Made by a program: the position numbers and the translations under genes. A DNA stretch of 64,000 nucleotides, taken from the NCBI GenBank assembly GCA_039208735.1, contig JBCCQY010000033.1:1-64000 (forward strand), read 5' to 3'. Numbering within the stretch: position 1 is the first letter of the stretch; each line of letters begins with the position of its first letter. Shown one piece after another: positions 36,734 through 46,088 of the stretch. Under the pieces are notes generated by a model that searched no databases, was not told the origin of the DNA, and saw nothing but the letters and a program-made list of their open reading frames with translations. Source of the DNA: Myxococcota bacterium. GTDB lineage: Bacteria; Myxococcota_A; UBA796; GCA-2862545.

Positions 36734-37053
36734 TGGTGGTGTGGCTTTGGATCGGCTGCGGCGAGCCCGAAGTGCTGTATGCCCTCGGCACGTCCGCGGC
36801 GGAGGTTGCACCCGGCGACTTCATCCTTCCTGAACCCATTCCCGACCGCATCGACCCCGAACCAGACGGCGAGGCCGTCGTTCGCGTGGCCTGGCCTCCC
36901 GTCACCGTGCCCCAATCCACCCCCACAGAAGGGGTGCAGTGGGAGCGGGTCACGCGGAGGAGTAAGCTCGGCCATGACCCCGAAACGGGTGAACGAAGCC
37001 GCGCTTTGAATGGGCGCCGTCGCGGCGGACGACGGACCCTCTCCCCCAGGTGA
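36730..37053 (+). CDS. Hypothetical protein, possible lipoprotein
   Basis: ATGA overlap with the TadE gene and N-terminus MMVVWLWIGC. No recognisable domain. Confidence 0.4.
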   Translation: MMVVWLWIGCGEPEVLYALGTSAAEVAPGDFILPEPIPDRIDPEPDGEAVVRVAWPPVTVPQSTPTEGVQWERVTRRSKLGHDPETGERSRALNGRRRGGRRTLSPR

Positions 37054-37180
37054 AGAGGGGTCGCGACAACGGGCCTCCCCGATTGGGGGGTGGGCGACCG
37101 AAGGGCGGCGTCTAGGTTTCGAGAAGTCGGGCAGCGGTACGGAAACGCTGCCCAGTTCATCCTCGAAGGCAGGAGCCATC

Positions 37181-39544
37181 ATGTCGAACGACGTACATGA
37201 ACTGAACCTGGATGGGGTCCCCCGTCAACTTCCGGTCGTGGCCCTCCGCCGTGGGGTGCTGTTGCCCGGCGCTGCGGCGCCGTACTTGGTCGGACGCGCC
37301 CGTTCGCTTTCGGCGCTCCGCGCTAACCACGAAGGCTGGGTCATTGTGGCCGCCCAGCGAGAGCCGGTCTCGTCCCCGAGCCCGAGCGACTTGCTGCCCA
37401 CGGCCGTGATTGCCCGGATTCGCGAAGAAACCACCGCCCCCAACGGCGCCGTTCGCGTCGTGTTGCAGGGGGTTCGCCGCGTCACCCTGACCGGCTTCCC
37501 CAGCGTCCAGCCCCACTTCGTGGGCACCTGGGCCGAAATTGAAGAGGTCTGGCCTGACTCCGTGGCCGGGCGTGGCATGCGCGACGCCTTCCGCCGCGAA
37601 GTCGAAGACTCGTCCGAAGCGCTGGGCGCCCCGTTGGTGAGCATGGTCATGTCCATGCCCATGGAACTGGCCGTCGATGCCGTGGCGAGCGCACTGGACG
37701 CGCCCCAGGAGTGGTACCGCGAGGTCTTGACCACCCACGACCCCGCCGCCCGGGCCGAAAGAGTCATGGTGGCGCTCGTCAAGGCCCGGGAAGTTTCAGC
37801 TGCGCGCGACTCCATTAAGGAGCGTGTGAGCAAGGCGACCCAGGACCAGCAGCGCGAGTTCCTCCTGCGCCAGCAGATGAAGGCGATTCAGGAAGAGCTG
37901 GGCGAAGGCGGCGACGACGACGAGTTGTCACGCATCAAAGAAAAGCTCGAGACCCGCGATCTGCCGGACGAGGTGCAGGAAGTCGTCGACCGCGAGATTC
38001 GCCGCCTCGAACGGTTGTCGGGCGCCTCGCCCGAGCGTTCGGTGGCCATCGACTGGCTCGAGTGGATTGCGGACATGCCGTGGAACCACAACACGGCCGT
38101 CGATCTCGACCTGGGTGCGCTGGAGAAGGCCCTCGACGAGTCGCACTATGGCCTTGAGGACGTCAAGCAGCAGGTGGTTGAGCACCTCGCGGTGCGCAAG
38201 CTGGCGGGTACGGGTCGCGCCGACGTGCTGCTTTTGGTGGGCCCTCCCGGTGTCGGGAAGACCAGCATCGGCCAGGCCATCGCCGACGCCACCGGGCGGA
38301 AGCTCGTGCGGGTCGCGCTCGGCGGCGTGCGCGATGAAGCTGAGCTGCGCGGTCACCGTAGAACCTACATCGGGGCCCGTCCTGGGCGCCTGGTGGAAGG
38401 AATCCGCAGGGCGAACACCGCCGATCCCGTGATTCTCCTCGATGAGGTCGACAAGCTCGGCTCCGGCGCCTGGGGAGACCCTGCCGCGGCCCTGCTCGAA
38501 ATCCTCGACCCCGAGCAGAACGATCACTTCGTGGACCGCTACCTCGAGGTGCCCTTCGACTTGTCGCGGGCCCTGTTCGTAGCAACCGCCAACGACCTCG
38601 CGTCGATTCCCGGGCCGCTGCGCGACCGGATGCAGCGCCTCGAGATCGCCGGCTACAGCCAGCGAGAAAAGCTTGTCATCGCCAAGGAACACCTGCTGGG
38701 CACCGTGGCGCGCAATGCCGGCCTCACCGCCGAAGCGGTCGAGTTCACCGATGAAGCGCTGAAGGTCGCGATCGACGGGTGGACCCGGGAGGCCGGGGTG
38801 CGTGAATTGCAGCGCGTCCTCGGCAAGGTCTACCGGGCCGCGGCGGTGCAGCGGGCTCGGAACCCCGAGGCTCCCACGACCCCCTTGCACGTCGACGTGG
38901 CGGACCTGCCGACCTACCTCGGCAAGCGCAAGTTCTTCGACGAGGAGTACGAGGTCACGAAGCGCCCTGGAATCGTCCGTGGTCTCGCTTGGACACCCGT
39001 GGGCGGAAGCGTGCTCTACGTCGAGGCGAGTACGCTCCCGGGCCGTGGCAACCTCGTCCTCACGGGCCAGCTTGGAGATGTGATGAAGGAGTCGGCGCGG
39101 GCCGCCCTCACGTACGTCCTGTCCCAGGCCGACACCTTGGGACTGCCCCTCGACGTGCTCGAGAAGCACGATGTGCACATCCACGTCCCGGCCGGAGCCG
39201 TGCCCAAGGACGGGCCCTCCGCGGGAGTTGCGATGTTCACCGCGCTTGCGAGCCTGCTTACGGGACGCCCGGTGCGTGATGACGTTGCGATGACCGGCGA
39301 AGCCACACTGCGCGGTCGTGTGCTCCCGGTGGGCGGCATCAAGACGAAGGTGTTGGCGGCCCACCGCAATGGGCTCAAGCGGATCATCCTGCCCAAGCGC
39401 AACGAGGTCGACGTCGACGACATCCCCGCCGAGGTTCGTGAGTCCCTCGAGATCATCTTGGTCGAGAACATGGACGAAGTGCTGTCGGCGGCCCTGCGTG
39501 ACTGGGACACCCCGGTACGGCCCCGCGAGCGCGCCGAAGCGTAG
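37181..39544 (+). CDS. lon: ATP-dependent Lon protease
   Basis: LON N-domain, QREFLLRQQMKAIQEELG, Walker A GPPGVGKTS, HRRTYIGA, LLDEVDK, catalytic PKDGPSAG and GGIKTK. Confidence 0.97.
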   Translation: MSNDVHELNLDGVPRQLPVVALRRGVLLPGAAAPYLVGRARSLSALRANHEGWVIVAAQREPVSSPSPSDLLPTAVIARIREETTAPNGAVRVVLQGVRRVTLTGFPSVQPHFVGTWAEIEEVWPDSVAGRGMRDAFRREVEDSSEALGAPLVSMVMSMPMELAVDAVASALDAPQEWYREVLTTHDPAARAERVMVALVKAREVSAARDSIKERVSKATQDQQREFLLRQQMKAIQEELGEGGDDDELSRIKEKLETRDLPDEVQEVVDREIRRLERLSGASPERSVAIDWLEWIADMPWNHNTAVDLDLGALEKALDESHYGLEDVKQQVVEHLAVRKLAGTGRADVLLLVGPPGVGKTSIGQAIADATGRKLVRVALGGVRDEAELRGHRRTYIGARPGRLVEGIRRANTADPVILLDEVDKLGSGAWGDPAAALLEILDPEQNDHFVDRYLEVPFDLSRALFVATANDLASIPGPLRDRMQRLEIAGYSQREKLVIAKEHLLGTVARNAGLTAEAVEFTDEALKVAIDGWTREAGVRELQRVLGKVYRAAAVQRARNPEAPTTPLHVDVADLPTYLGKRKFFDEEYEVTKRPGIVRGLAWTPVGGSVLYVEASTLPGRGNLVLTGQLGDVMKESARAALTYVLSQADTLGLPLDVLEKHDVHIHVPAGAVPKDGPSAGVAMFTALASLLTGRPVRDDVAMTGEATLRGRVLPVGGIKTKVLAAHRNGLKRIILPKRNEVDVDDIPAEVRESLEIILVENMDEVLSAALRDWDTPVRPRERAEA

Positions 39545-39598
39545 CCTTCGGTTGCCGCGAGGGTAGGGGAACTCCGTGACCTCAACGGAGAGAATCCC

Positions 39599-40003
39599 AT
39601 GATCAGCTGGGCCACTCCCCTCCTCGTTCTTCCCGGCGTCGGCCTCCTCGTGATGTCGACGTCGGCGCGGTTTGCGCGCCTGCACGATGAGCTTCATCAC
39701 CACATGCATGTGCTGAACTGCAGCCCCGAGACCCTTGAACGGTTGCTCTTGCGGGGGCGCCTGTTTCGCAACACCCTGTTGGCGCTTTACGGCGCCGCCG
39801 CCCTCCTCGCGACCTCCGGCCTCGCAGGAGGGCTTTCGCTTCCTGAAGCGCTGTCATCTGCCTTGTTGGGACTCGGGGTGTCGCTCATGGTGGTTGCCTC
39901 GCTGACGCTCATGCGGGAAACCACCATCTCGTTGGACATCATCGAGGCTGAGGTTCGGTCGACCCCGTTCCCGGAACCCGGATCGGCGGCACACAACCAC
40001 TAG
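39599..40003 (+). CDS. DUF2721-like small membrane protein
   Basis: TPLLVLPGVGLLVMSTSARFARL and three hydrophobic segments. Confidence 0.7.
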   Translation: MISWATPLLVLPGVGLLVMSTSARFARLHDELHHHMHVLNCSPETLERLLLRGRLFRNTLLALYGAAALLATSGLAGGLSLPEALSSALLGLGVSLMVVASLTLMRETTISLDIIEAEVRSTPFPEPGSAAHNH

Positions 40004-40062
40004 CCAAGAATCGGCGCCAGGTTTGCCAGCAAACGACACTTCACGTCGGGACCGACGAACAA

Positions 40063-40095
40063 GAGGCTCCCTGTCACGATCGTCGTGGGAGCCTC
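40063..40095. terminator. Stem-loop between convergent genes; probable terminator of the flotillin operon
   Basis: GAGGCTCC..CACGA-TCG-TCGTG-GGAGCCTC, followed by TTGTT on the minus strand. Confidence 0.5.
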
Positions 40096-40103
40096 AACTG
40101 TCG

Positions 40104-41369
40104 TCAGAGGTCCTTGGGCTTGGTGGGCTCCTTCGATCCTGCGGCGGTCTCGAGGAGCTTCGGCAAATCGACACCGAGTGCCCCTTTCAGCTCCTCGACG
40201 AGACGCACCGCCTGCTTGGCGGTTCCCCCCTCGCCCTTGGGCAGCATCGTGATGCGGTCGACCTTCACCGTGCCCACCGTGCTCACGAGCTGGTTCATCA
40301 CTGTCTGCAGCTTCTGCATGAGGAAGATGTCGCGAGCCGCACCGCCTGAACTCTGCCACACGCCGATCATCTCGTCCAAGACCTGCACCGTGGCCTGACC
40401 TTCTTCGAGAATCTTGGCGGAACGGCCCTTGGCGGCGTTGATTCCGGCTTCCATGTCGGCCCGGGCAGGCTCGATGACATCGGCTTCGAGCTGCAGGCGT
40501 ACCTGTTCGACCCGCGCCTCTTCGGCCTCAAGCGCGGCCGTGGCTCGAGCAATCTCGGCCCGGACCTGCCCTTCCTGCTCTGCAACCATCGCCTTCGACT
40601 TGGTCGCAGCATCGGCCACTCGGCGTTCCGCCTGGGCCACCGCGATCTGTTCTTCGGCATCGACCTGCTGTAGGCGGGCCCGCTGCCGGTTGGACGCATC
40701 GCGCGTGATGGCCGAGGCCTTGGCCCGCGCTTCCGCGATCCGAGACTTCTTGATGATCTCGGCGGACTGTCGCCGGCCGATGCTGTCGAGGTAGCCCCGC
40801 TCATCCCAGACATTCTGGATCTTCATCGTGTCGAGCACGAGCCCGAGCCGCCCCAAGTCGTGTTCCGCTTCTTCGAGCAGCTTCTCGGCAAACGCGATCT
40901 TGTCTTCGTTGACCTCTTCGGGAGTCAGCCGTGACAAGACCCCGCGAAGGTTCCCTTCCAGAACGTCCTTGGCCATGCGCACGAGTTCTTCACGAGGCTT
41001 ATCGAGCAGTCGCTCCACCGCCGCTCCGAGGACTGGCTCGTGGCCTGCAATCTTGATGTTGGCGACGCCCTGGACATTCAGAGGAATCCCCCCTTTCGAG
41101 TAGGCCCCTTGAACCTCGACCTCGATGATCATGTTCGTGAGATCGAGGCGATCGACGCGTTCGAGCAACGGAACTCGCCAGCCCCGGCCCCCCTTGATGA
41201 TGCGGTAGCCCTTGGTGCCATCGGCCGTATGCCTGCGCCGACCGCTGAAGATGAGGACCTCATTGGGCTCGCAGATGTAGAGCAGGTTCTGGGCGAGACC
41301 AATCCCGAGGCCCGCCATCACCACCCCCACGACGATGAACACTCCGATGATTGTGAGCGGGTCCATCAC
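40104..41369 (-). CDS. Flotillin family (SPFH) protein
   Basis: N-terminal TM, PNEVLIFSGR, AYSKGGIPLNVQGVANIKI, LEGNLRGVL..LTPEEVNEDK and an AE-rich coiled coil. Confidence 0.93.
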   Translation of the reverse strand: MMDPLTIIGVFIVVGVVMAGLGIGLAQNLLYICEPNEVLIFSGRRRHTADGTKGYRIIKGGRGWRVPLLERVDRLDLTNMIIEVEVQGAYSKGGIPLNVQGVANIKIAGHEPVLGAAVERLLDKPREELVRMAKDVLEGNLRGVLSRLTPEEVNEDKIAFAEKLLEEAEHDLGRLGLVLDTMKIQNVWDERGYLDSIGRRQSAEIIKKSRIAEARAKASAITRDASNRQRARLQQVDAEEQIAVAQAERRVADAATKSKAMVAEQEGQVRAEIARATAALEAEEARVEQVRLQLEADVIEPARADMEAGINAAKGRSAKILEEGQATVQVLDEMIGVWQSSGGAARDIFLMQKLQTVMNQLVSTVGTVKVDRITMLPKGEGGTAKQAVRLVEELKGALGVDLPKLLETAAGSKEPTKPKDL

Positions 41370-42706
41370 TGCACCTCCTTCCGAAGCAACGCCTGCCGGT
41401 CGGCGAGCGCCGGTCGACGTGGGGTTCCGGCATCGTCGTCATCGTCTGAATCGCCGCCCCGCTCGCCCGAAAGGATGCCCGCGACGTCGATGCCCGTCGT
41501 CGCGGTGAGTTCGCGGAGAACCGCCCCGACGGTCGCCGGGAGGGCTGCCATGTGTTGGGGCAGCGCCTGTCCGTCACCACCGTCGAGCAGGGTGACGTTT
41601 TCGATCTCGAGCTGCTTCACGCGCTCGGTGACGGTCGACAGCACGGTTTCGAGGTTCTGGATGAGGAAGATGTCCTTGGCGTCGTTACCCGCCTTGAGCC
41701 AGGCCTCCCGCATCATGTCGAGGACTCTCGCCATCGCCTCACCGTCGGCCGCGATTTGGGCCGCGTCGGACCGCGCCCGCATCTCGGAGGCCTTCCGATT
41801 CGCTTCGGCCGGGAGCACCACATCGGCCGACAGCCGAAGGTGCTCGAGACGGGCTCGAATCTCCTGCAGCTGCTGCTCGGCCCGCGCCCGTGCGGCCTTG
41901 GCCGCCTGCTCGGCGCGCTCCTCTTCAGACTTGGCCCGAGCTTCGAGTTCGGCCATCCGCCGGCGAAGCTCGTTCTCGCGCTGCTTGATGGCCGTTTCCG
42001 CCTGTTCGTTCGCCACCTCGGACTCACGCGCGTACCGGGCCTGCTCTTCCTCGGCGTCGGCTTTGGCCGTCGACTCGGCAATCTCAGCCGTGGCCAACAC
42101 ATTGGCAAGCCGCTCCCGACCGATGCTATCGAGATACTTCACATCGTCATTGACCGACTGGACCTTGAGCGTATCGAGGGTAAGTCCAAGCTTTTCAAAG
42201 TCCTCACCCGCCTCGTCAACGAGTTCCTCGGCGAACTTGAGCCGGTCCTCGTTGACCTCCTCGGGGGTCATCCGAGCGATGATTCCGCGTAGATGGCCCT
42301 CGAGCGTTTCCTTCGCAACCTGCCGAATCTCCCCCGGGTCGCGACCCAAGAACCGTTCGATGGCATTGCTGTAGAAGTGCTTGTCGGAACTGACTTTGAC
42401 GTTCGCGATGGCATGGAGGGCAAGTGGAATCCCTCCTTTCGAGTACGCATTCGTCACGTTCAGCTCGATGGGGATGGTGGTCAATTCCATGCGATCGACC
42501 TTCTCGAGCAGGGGCACCCGCCATGCATAGCCCCCGTGCACCACGCGGTAGCCCACGGTGGAGCCATCGGGGAGCGGGTAGCGCCGGCCACTGAAAATCA
42601 GCAGCTCGTTGGGTCGCCCCACAAAGAGAAACTGTTTCGCGAGGATCACGAGCAGAATCGTGAAGAGCCCCCCGCCCATTCCCAGGCAAAGTGCTGCGAG
42701 TGTCAC
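41366..42706 (-). CDS. Flotillin family (SPFH) protein, paralog
   Basis: PNELLIFSGR, AYSKGGIPL, AIERFLG, LEGHLRG..MTPEEVNEDR and an EA-rich coiled coil. Confidence 0.93.
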   Translation of the reverse strand: MTLAALCLGMGGGLFTILLVILAKQFLFVGRPNELLIFSGRRYPLPDGSTVGYRVVHGGYAWRVPLLEKVDRMELTTIPIELNVTNAYSKGGIPLALHAIANVKVSSDKHFYSNAIERFLGRDPGEIRQVAKETLEGHLRGIIARMTPEEVNEDRLKFAEELVDEAGEDFEKLGLTLDTLKVQSVNDDVKYLDSIGRERLANVLATAEIAESTAKADAEEEQARYARESEVANEQAETAIKQRENELRRRMAELEARAKSEEERAEQAAKAARARAEQQLQEIRARLEHLRLSADVVLPAEANRKASEMRARSDAAQIAADGEAMARVLDMMREAWLKAGNDAKDIFLIQNLETVLSTVTERVKQLEIENVTLLDGGDGQALPQHMAALPATVGAVLRELTATTGIDVAGILSGERGGDSDDDDDAGTPRRPALADRQALLRKEVQ

Positions 42707-42741
42707 GTTTGGCCTCCAGGTTGCCCGTCGTCGCCGACCGC

Positions 42742-43539
42742 TTACCCCAATTCCTTACGCCCGGGGTCTACGGTTTGTTTCGCCCTCGCCGCAGCCGACC
42801 GTGCATCAGCCTGGGACGAAGCTTCTGATTGTCCCCTCCCCGACTGTGTCGGGGTGAGTCGAGAGACATCCGCGACGCCATCGCGGACATTCGCAATGAG
42901 TACGGTACTACCGCGCTCGATGGGATTCGCGTCACGAGTCGTCGCAAGCATTTCGATGCGGCCTGCCATCGTCTCGATGACGATCTTTCCGGTTCCTTGT
43001 GGACGAACCGTGAGCATCACTCGGGCCTCATCCCCCACGAACCGAGCGTACCCGGTTTCGCCGCTGACGGAATCGGTCTTGATGCGTTGGAAGAACCATG
43101 CGGCCCCGGTTCCAAGCCCCCCTCCGGCGACCACCGCGCTCACCAAGGTGGGCACGTCTGCCACCGCAAGCAGCGAGAGCAACAAGCCTGTAAGGCCAAA
43201 GGAAGCCAGCCCAAACGTCCAAAAACGCAACGAAAGGAAGGGGAGCCAGATCGCATCGGATCCCGAGGTCGCTCCCGCTGCGAGTTGCCCTCCAAAGTCC
43301 TTGTCGGCCTCGAGGTCGAGTTCGGCATCGGCATCGACGTCCACATCGGCATCGACGTCCACATCAGCATCGACGTCCACATCGGCATCGGCATCGAAGT
43401 CAGCATCGAGATCCGCATCCGAATCGATCTCGAAGTCCTTATCGAAATCCTTGTCGGCCCCACCGAAGAACAGGGACACCAAGATCAGGCTGCCGCCGAA
43501 CGCCGTCGCCGCGACATAGAGGGAGAACAACCAATCCAT
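42742..43539 (-). CDS. NfeD-like membrane protein with Asp-rich (Dx)n insert
   Basis: N-terminal TM, (DADVDV)n tract, [21 protein letters not shown] and a C-terminal OB-fold-like region ([14 protein letters not shown]). Lies directly upstream of the flotillins. Confidence 0.82.
   Translation of the reverse strand: MDWLFSLYVAATAFGGSLILVSLFFGGADKDFDKDFEIDSDADLDADFDADADVDVDADVDVDADVDVDADAELDLEADKDFGGQLAAGATSGSDAIWLPFLSLRFWTFGLASFGLTGLLLSLLAVADVPTLVSAVVAGGGLGTGAAWFFQRIKTDSVSGETGYARFVGDEARVMLTVRPQGTGKIVIETMAGRIEMLATTRDANPIERGSTVLIANVRDGVADVSRLTPTQSGRGQSEASSQADARSAAARAKQTVDPGRKELG
43330..43383 (-). repeat. Three tandem 18-bp coding repeats encoding DVDVDA
   Basis: Plus strand (g/a)gcatcgacgtccacatc x3. 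Confidence 0.85.
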
Positions 43540-43548
43540 TGATATGCC

Positions 43549-43905
43549 CTACGCGGTTCGGGAGGCAAACGCCAGCACGAGCCACGCGGCGATCCACGAC
43601 AGGCCGCCTAAAGGCGTGACCGCACCGAGCCAGGTCTGGTTGGTGAGGGCCATCGTATACAGCGATCCCGAAAACAAAACCATGCCCGCGACAAATAGCC
43701 CCCCGGCGAGGGTCGGTGGGTTCGGGTGCAGGGCCACCAACCCCAACGCGAGCGCATGCACCAAGTGGTACCGCGCGGCGAGGTCCCATCGACGCGCGGC
43801 ATCCGCCAGTAGTTCCTCGGACACCATCTGGGGCAGGCTATGCGCCCCAAACGCTCCAAACGCGACCCCTAAAGCACCCGCCACACCACAGATCGTCCAC
43901 CACAT
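43549..43905 (-). CDS. DUF423 (YgdD/TMEM256) membrane protein
   Basis: Motifs GAFGAH, ARYHLVHALAL, LFSGSLY and LGAVTPLGG. Confidence 0.92.
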   Translation of the reverse strand: MWWTICGVAGALGVAFGAFGAHSLPQMVSEELLADAARRWDLAARYHLVHALALGLVALHPNPPTLAGGLFVAGMVLFSGSLYTMALTNQTWLGAVTPLGGLSWIAAWLVLAFASRTA

Positions 43906-44004
43906 GGGGATTCCTCCGTCCGCGGCGTCTTAATGTCCCGCTCGACCCCTACCAGCGACGGGGGCGATAGGCTGCACCCGTCAGGCACGCATCGGGAGAC
44001 GTGA

Positions 44005-44847
44005 ATGGGAAGGGTCAAGGGAGTGATCGTCGCAGCGGGCTACGGAACCCGGTTCCTGCCGGTGACCCGTGTCGTGCCCAAAGAACTCCTTCCTATCGTC
44101 AATCGACCCGCACTGGCCTACGTCGTCGATGAAATGGCGGAAGCCGGCATCGAAGAAGTACTCGTGATCACGAGCCGGCGAAAGCGGGCGATTGAGGACT
44201 GGTTTGACACCGACGTCGAACTTGAACACCGCAAAGGCCGTGAGGCCTTGGGCATTCCCAACGTCCGCGCCACCTTCGTCCGTCAGCACGAGATGAAAGG
44301 CACTGGGCACGCCTTACTTATGGCGGAAACGTTCGCGGCGGGCGCTCCGTTCGTGGTCGCGTTCCCCGACGACCTCTTTGGCGCCCCCAACTGCAGCGCG
44401 CAGCTCATCGCCACCTGGGAACGTACAGGGTGCAGCGTGCTTGCCTGTGGCGACCTGACGGGCCGAGATGTGAGCCGGTACGGCGTCGTCGATGCAAGCG
44501 ACGACAACGGCGTGTTGCGCGTGCGCCGCATCGTCGAAAAACCGGCGGCGGGCACCGAGCCATCGCATCTGGTGAGCTGGGGCCGCTACCTGTACACCGC
44601 CGAGGTCTTCGAAGCGCTGCACGCAGGCATGCGATCCCATAGCGGCACCGGCGAATTTTATGCCACTGACGCCATCAACGCGCTGGCCGCTCAGCAACGC
44701 ATGACCGCCACCGTTAGTGCGGCACCCCGGTACGACACTGGCCAGCCCCTGGGCTACCTCACCACGATCGTCGAGCTGGGCCTTCAGCATCCCGAGGTCG
44801 GGCCGGCATTTGCTGCGTGGATGCGCCAGCGGTTCGGTCCGCGATGA
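44005..44847 (+). CDS. galU: UTP--glucose-1-phosphate uridylyltransferase
   Basis: Motifs AAGYGTRFLPVT..PKELLP, VRQ..KGTGHA, PDD, YGVV and IVEKP. Confidence 0.88.
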   Translation: MGRVKGVIVAAGYGTRFLPVTRVVPKELLPIVNRPALAYVVDEMAEAGIEEVLVITSRRKRAIEDWFDTDVELEHRKGREALGIPNVRATFVRQHEMKGTGHALLMAETFAAGAPFVVAFPDDLFGAPNCSAQLIATWERTGCSVLACGDLTGRDVSRYGVVDASDDNGVLRVRRIVEKPAAGTEPSHLVSWGRYLYTAEVFEALHAGMRSHSGTGEFYATDAINALAAQQRMTATVSAAPRYDTGQPLGYLTTIVELGLQHPEVGPAFAAWMRQRFGPR

Positions 44848-46088
44848 CCGCAGAACCAGGCGAGCCACAAGACCCGCCCCCAACGGGGAAGGGCGGGCCA
44901 GGCTTCATCTTTGTCACGCTGCTCCTCGACGTCATCGGGCTCGGCATTCTCATTCCCGTGTTGCCCGAGATCGTCGCGGACCTCACGGGAGGCGATGCAT
45001 CGACGGCGGCTCGCTACTATGGGCCCATCGTGGCCTTGTACGCGATGATGCAGGTGTTGTTCGCACCGCTTCTGGGCAGCCTCTCAGACCGGTTCGGTCG
45101 ACGTGTGGTCATCTTGGTGTCGCTCACCGGAATGGCAATCTCGTACCTCATTCTTGGACTAGCTCCGAGCATCACCTGGCTGTTCGTGGGCCGTGGTTTG
45201 GCCGGCATTACCGGAGCCACCATCACCACCGCCAACGCATACATGGCCGATGTGTCCACGCCAGAGACCCGGTCGCGGAACTTCGGGCTCGTCGGAGCCG
45301 CGTTTGGCATCGGGTTTGTGCTCGGTCCGGCCCTCGGGGGACTGCTGGGTGAGATTGGGCCCCGCGTGCCGTTCTTCGGCGCAGCGCTCGTGGTCGCGTT
45401 GAACGTGGTTTGGGGCCTCTTCATCCTGCCCGAGTCGCTGCCCCCCGACAAACGCCGCCCCTTCGAATTGACCGATGCCAACCCACTGGCCAGCCTTCGG
45501 CATCTGCGAATTCACCCGCTCGTTACTAGCCTTGCCGTCGCGTTCTTCTTGTTTTCGGTGTCGCAACGCAGCCTGGAATCGGTTTGGGTGCTTCATGCCA
45601 AGTTCCGGTACGGGTGGAGCGAGTGGCAAAACGGTCTGTCGTTAGCCGGCTTTGGCGTCGCTGCAGCCATCGTCCAGGGCTTGCTTGTGCGACGCATTGT
45701 GGGCCGGCTGGGCGAACCGCGAACGCTGTTGTTGGGCTTGAGCCTCCAGGCGGTGAGTCAGGTGCTGTTTGCCGCAGCTGCAACCGGCGTCCTGCTCCTG
45801 ATGGTCATTCCGGTCGCGGCGTTGGGTGCCATTTCAGGTCCTGCACTGCAGGGGCTCGTGACGAGCGTGGTGCCCGAAGATCGTCAGGGCGCGGTTCAAG
45901 GTGCCCTCGCGGCCGTGCAATCGCTCACCACCATCGTCGCGCCCCTGGCCTCCACGTGGATTTTCGCAGCGGCCACCGATGGCACCCTCCCCTTCATCAT
46001 GCCCGGCTTGCCGTTCTTGCTGGCGTCGGGCTTCACGCTTTTGGCCATCGGAGCCGCCGCATCCGCGGTGTCGCGGTACGCCGAATGA
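44844..46088 (+). CDS. MFS transporter, TCR/Tet-like family
   Basis: Motifs FIFVTLLLDVIGLGILIPVLP, GSLSDRFGRR, GFVLGPALGG and LPES; about 12 TM segments. Confidence 0.92.
   Translation: MTAEPGEPQDPPPTGKGGPGFIFVTLLLDVIGLGILIPVLPEIVADLTGGDASTAARYYGPIVALYAMMQVLFAPLLGSLSDRFGRRVVILVSLTGMAISYLILGLAPSITWLFVGRGLAGITGATITTANAYMADVSTPETRSRNFGLVGAAFGIGFVLGPALGGLLGEIGPRVPFFGAALVVALNVVWGLFILPESLPPDKRRPFELTDANPLASLRHLRIHPLVTSLAVAFFLFSVSQRSLESVWVLHAKFRYGWSEWQNGLSLAGFGVAAAIVQGLLVRRIVGRLGEPRTLLLGLSLQAVSQVLFAAAATGVLLLMVIPVAALGAISGPALQGLVTSVVPEDRQGAVQGALAAVQSLTTIVAPLASTWIFAAATDGTLPFIMPGLPFLLASGFTLLAIGAAASAVSRYAE

Noticed and set aside
44844..46088. Calling the MFS transporter a tetracycline-resistance gene (tetA)
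   Set aside because: Only family-level similarity; no tetR or mobile context, and it is embedded in a chromosomal operon.
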